Source of the DNA: Leucoraja erinacea
Lineage: Eukaryota
Direction: 5' to 3'
Assembly (NCBI RefSeq): GCF_028641065.1
Contig: NC_073395.1
Coordinates: 6,944,001-7,008,000 of the forward strand
Length of the DNA stretch: 64,000 nt
How positions within the stretch are numbered: position 1 is the first letter of the stretch; each line of letters begins with the position of its first letter. This document shows positions 62,541 through 64,000 of the stretch, in pieces. The notes under the pieces are model-generated. The model saw only the letters and a program-made list of their open reading frames with translations. It did not search any database and had not been told where the DNA came from. The position numbers were made by a program, and so were the translations under genes.

Positions 62541-64000
62541 AAGATTCTAGCATCTGCAGTTTGTTCTGTACCCACCCTTCCCCTCTCTGGGTTCCTTACC
62601 CCAAACCCCACACCCACCTTTGTTTCCATTTACCCATCATCCCTCTCTCAAGTTCTACATTTCACTCTTTACTTTCCTGTCTTATCAGATTCCATTATCT
62701 GCAGTCCTACTTTTTCCCCACTTATCACCTCCAGTCTTTGTGACCAATTCCACCATTCTTCCTTCCCAACTCGCCCCCCCCCCCCCTCCCCCATTGACTG
62801 ATCTGCCAATAAACCCTTCCTACCTGAGAATGTAGATAAAACCAATGGACTAATGGGTCATCATAGGCATGATCAAATTCTGTGAAACAAATCAAGCCAA
62901 TAGTACTCTGAATGGATTGTTTCAAGTTATGTTATATCCAAGGCCACTTCCAAATATTGCTTCCATGGTGATGCAAACCACATACATGTTGTCTTCACAT
63001 CAAGCATATCCACCCAGAGTTTCAACATCCAAGAAGTCCCCAATCATTGGATTGATGATGTAACAATTTTTTTTTAATTAGCTCGCATGTAATGTAGCAT
63101 CTTTTACCTTTCATCTCCGCCAAGCCAAAAGGCTTGGAAGCCTAAGAGCAGCATCAGTAAAGTTTGCAAAAATATTTGAGTACAACAAATTCCCATAATG
63201 GAAAAATAAAAAATAAGTTAATTTGTGTTAGTGGTAATGGTTGCAGTATGAACATTATTGGTAACAATAGATCCTCTGCTCCTTATGCTTGTAGGTAGGG
63301 CCTGACAATACTTCAATATTCTTTCAGATATTGACCTCTGATGGTGGCCATGAGGACATAATAGTCATAATAAAACTTATAACATACAACTGCCATACAT
63401 GATTAAACATCCTTTCGGCCGGTAACTATCAACAGAAGGGAGAGAGGAGGTTCCGTAATGTGGCCCGTCAAACTGTTCATTAGCCTCAGATTGAAAATGA
63501 AAACAGTGTCGTTGCTTGAAATCTGAAATCAAATCAAAAATTGCTGGAAACACTCGGCACGTCTGGAGATATCAGTGGAAAGGAAAACAATGTTAACTTT
63601 TGTTTTTAATCAAATCTTTGACCTGAAATGTTAACACTTTTCTTTCCCCAGAATTTGCCTGATCTGCAAAGTGGTCTCTTTTTTCTTATAAATATGCTTC
63701 AGAATCCTTCCTCAACAATGCGTTCTCCAAACAAAGAATGCAATGATATGAAAATAAATCTATTTTTCTTTCTTTCGTAACTGACAACTGACACACAAAC
63801 AATGGAAATCATTTTTACCTACTTAATACTGCAAAAGTCATAGTTCTGATTGACTTCCTATCACCAAGGGGATAGAACGTTACCTGGGTATCTGAGAATT
63901 TGTTGTGTTACAATAAGATCAGGCATGATTTTCTTGAAAGGCAGAGTGAGCTCAAATGACCAAGTGGCCTAGTCATACTCCTGCTTCAAATGTTTGTGTT

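Overview
Vertebrate nuclear DNA, very probably a cartilaginous fish (skate/ray-like), judged from the HE1/V-SINE-type SINEs and HER1/CR1-type LINEs. It is AT-rich and repeat-dense, with one assembly gap (46800-46985). The only recognisable host gene is NUP50 (nucleoporin 50) on the minus strand. Seven coding exons (39027-38959, 32485-32402, 29881-29704, 28259-27630, 23003-22922, 20401-20283, 17895-17690) splice in phase into 1368 nt / 455 aa. A CpG-rich first exon/promoter lies at ~46300-46770, one intron is GC-AG, and a likely poly(A) signal is at 16836-16841. The rest is mobile DNA: a full-length but disabled Tc1 (DD34E, IR/DR), CR1 and L1 3' fragments, tRNA-derived SINEs, several MITEs, Helitron-like composites and Penelope-like remnants. 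Three signals stand out. (i) About 15 short Penelope-derived insertions carry a minimal hammerhead-ribozyme-like core, are often head-to-head palindromes and are flanked by 9-16 bp target-site duplications. (ii) Two alternative exon-1 donors in NUP50 switch an upstream ATG between a 7-codon uORF and an in-frame 10-aa N-terminal extension. (iii) Four CCAAT boxes phased at 31-33 bp sit at the edge of a Helitron-like element ~5 kb upstream of NUP50. All family assignments come from motif recognition by eye; no searches were run.
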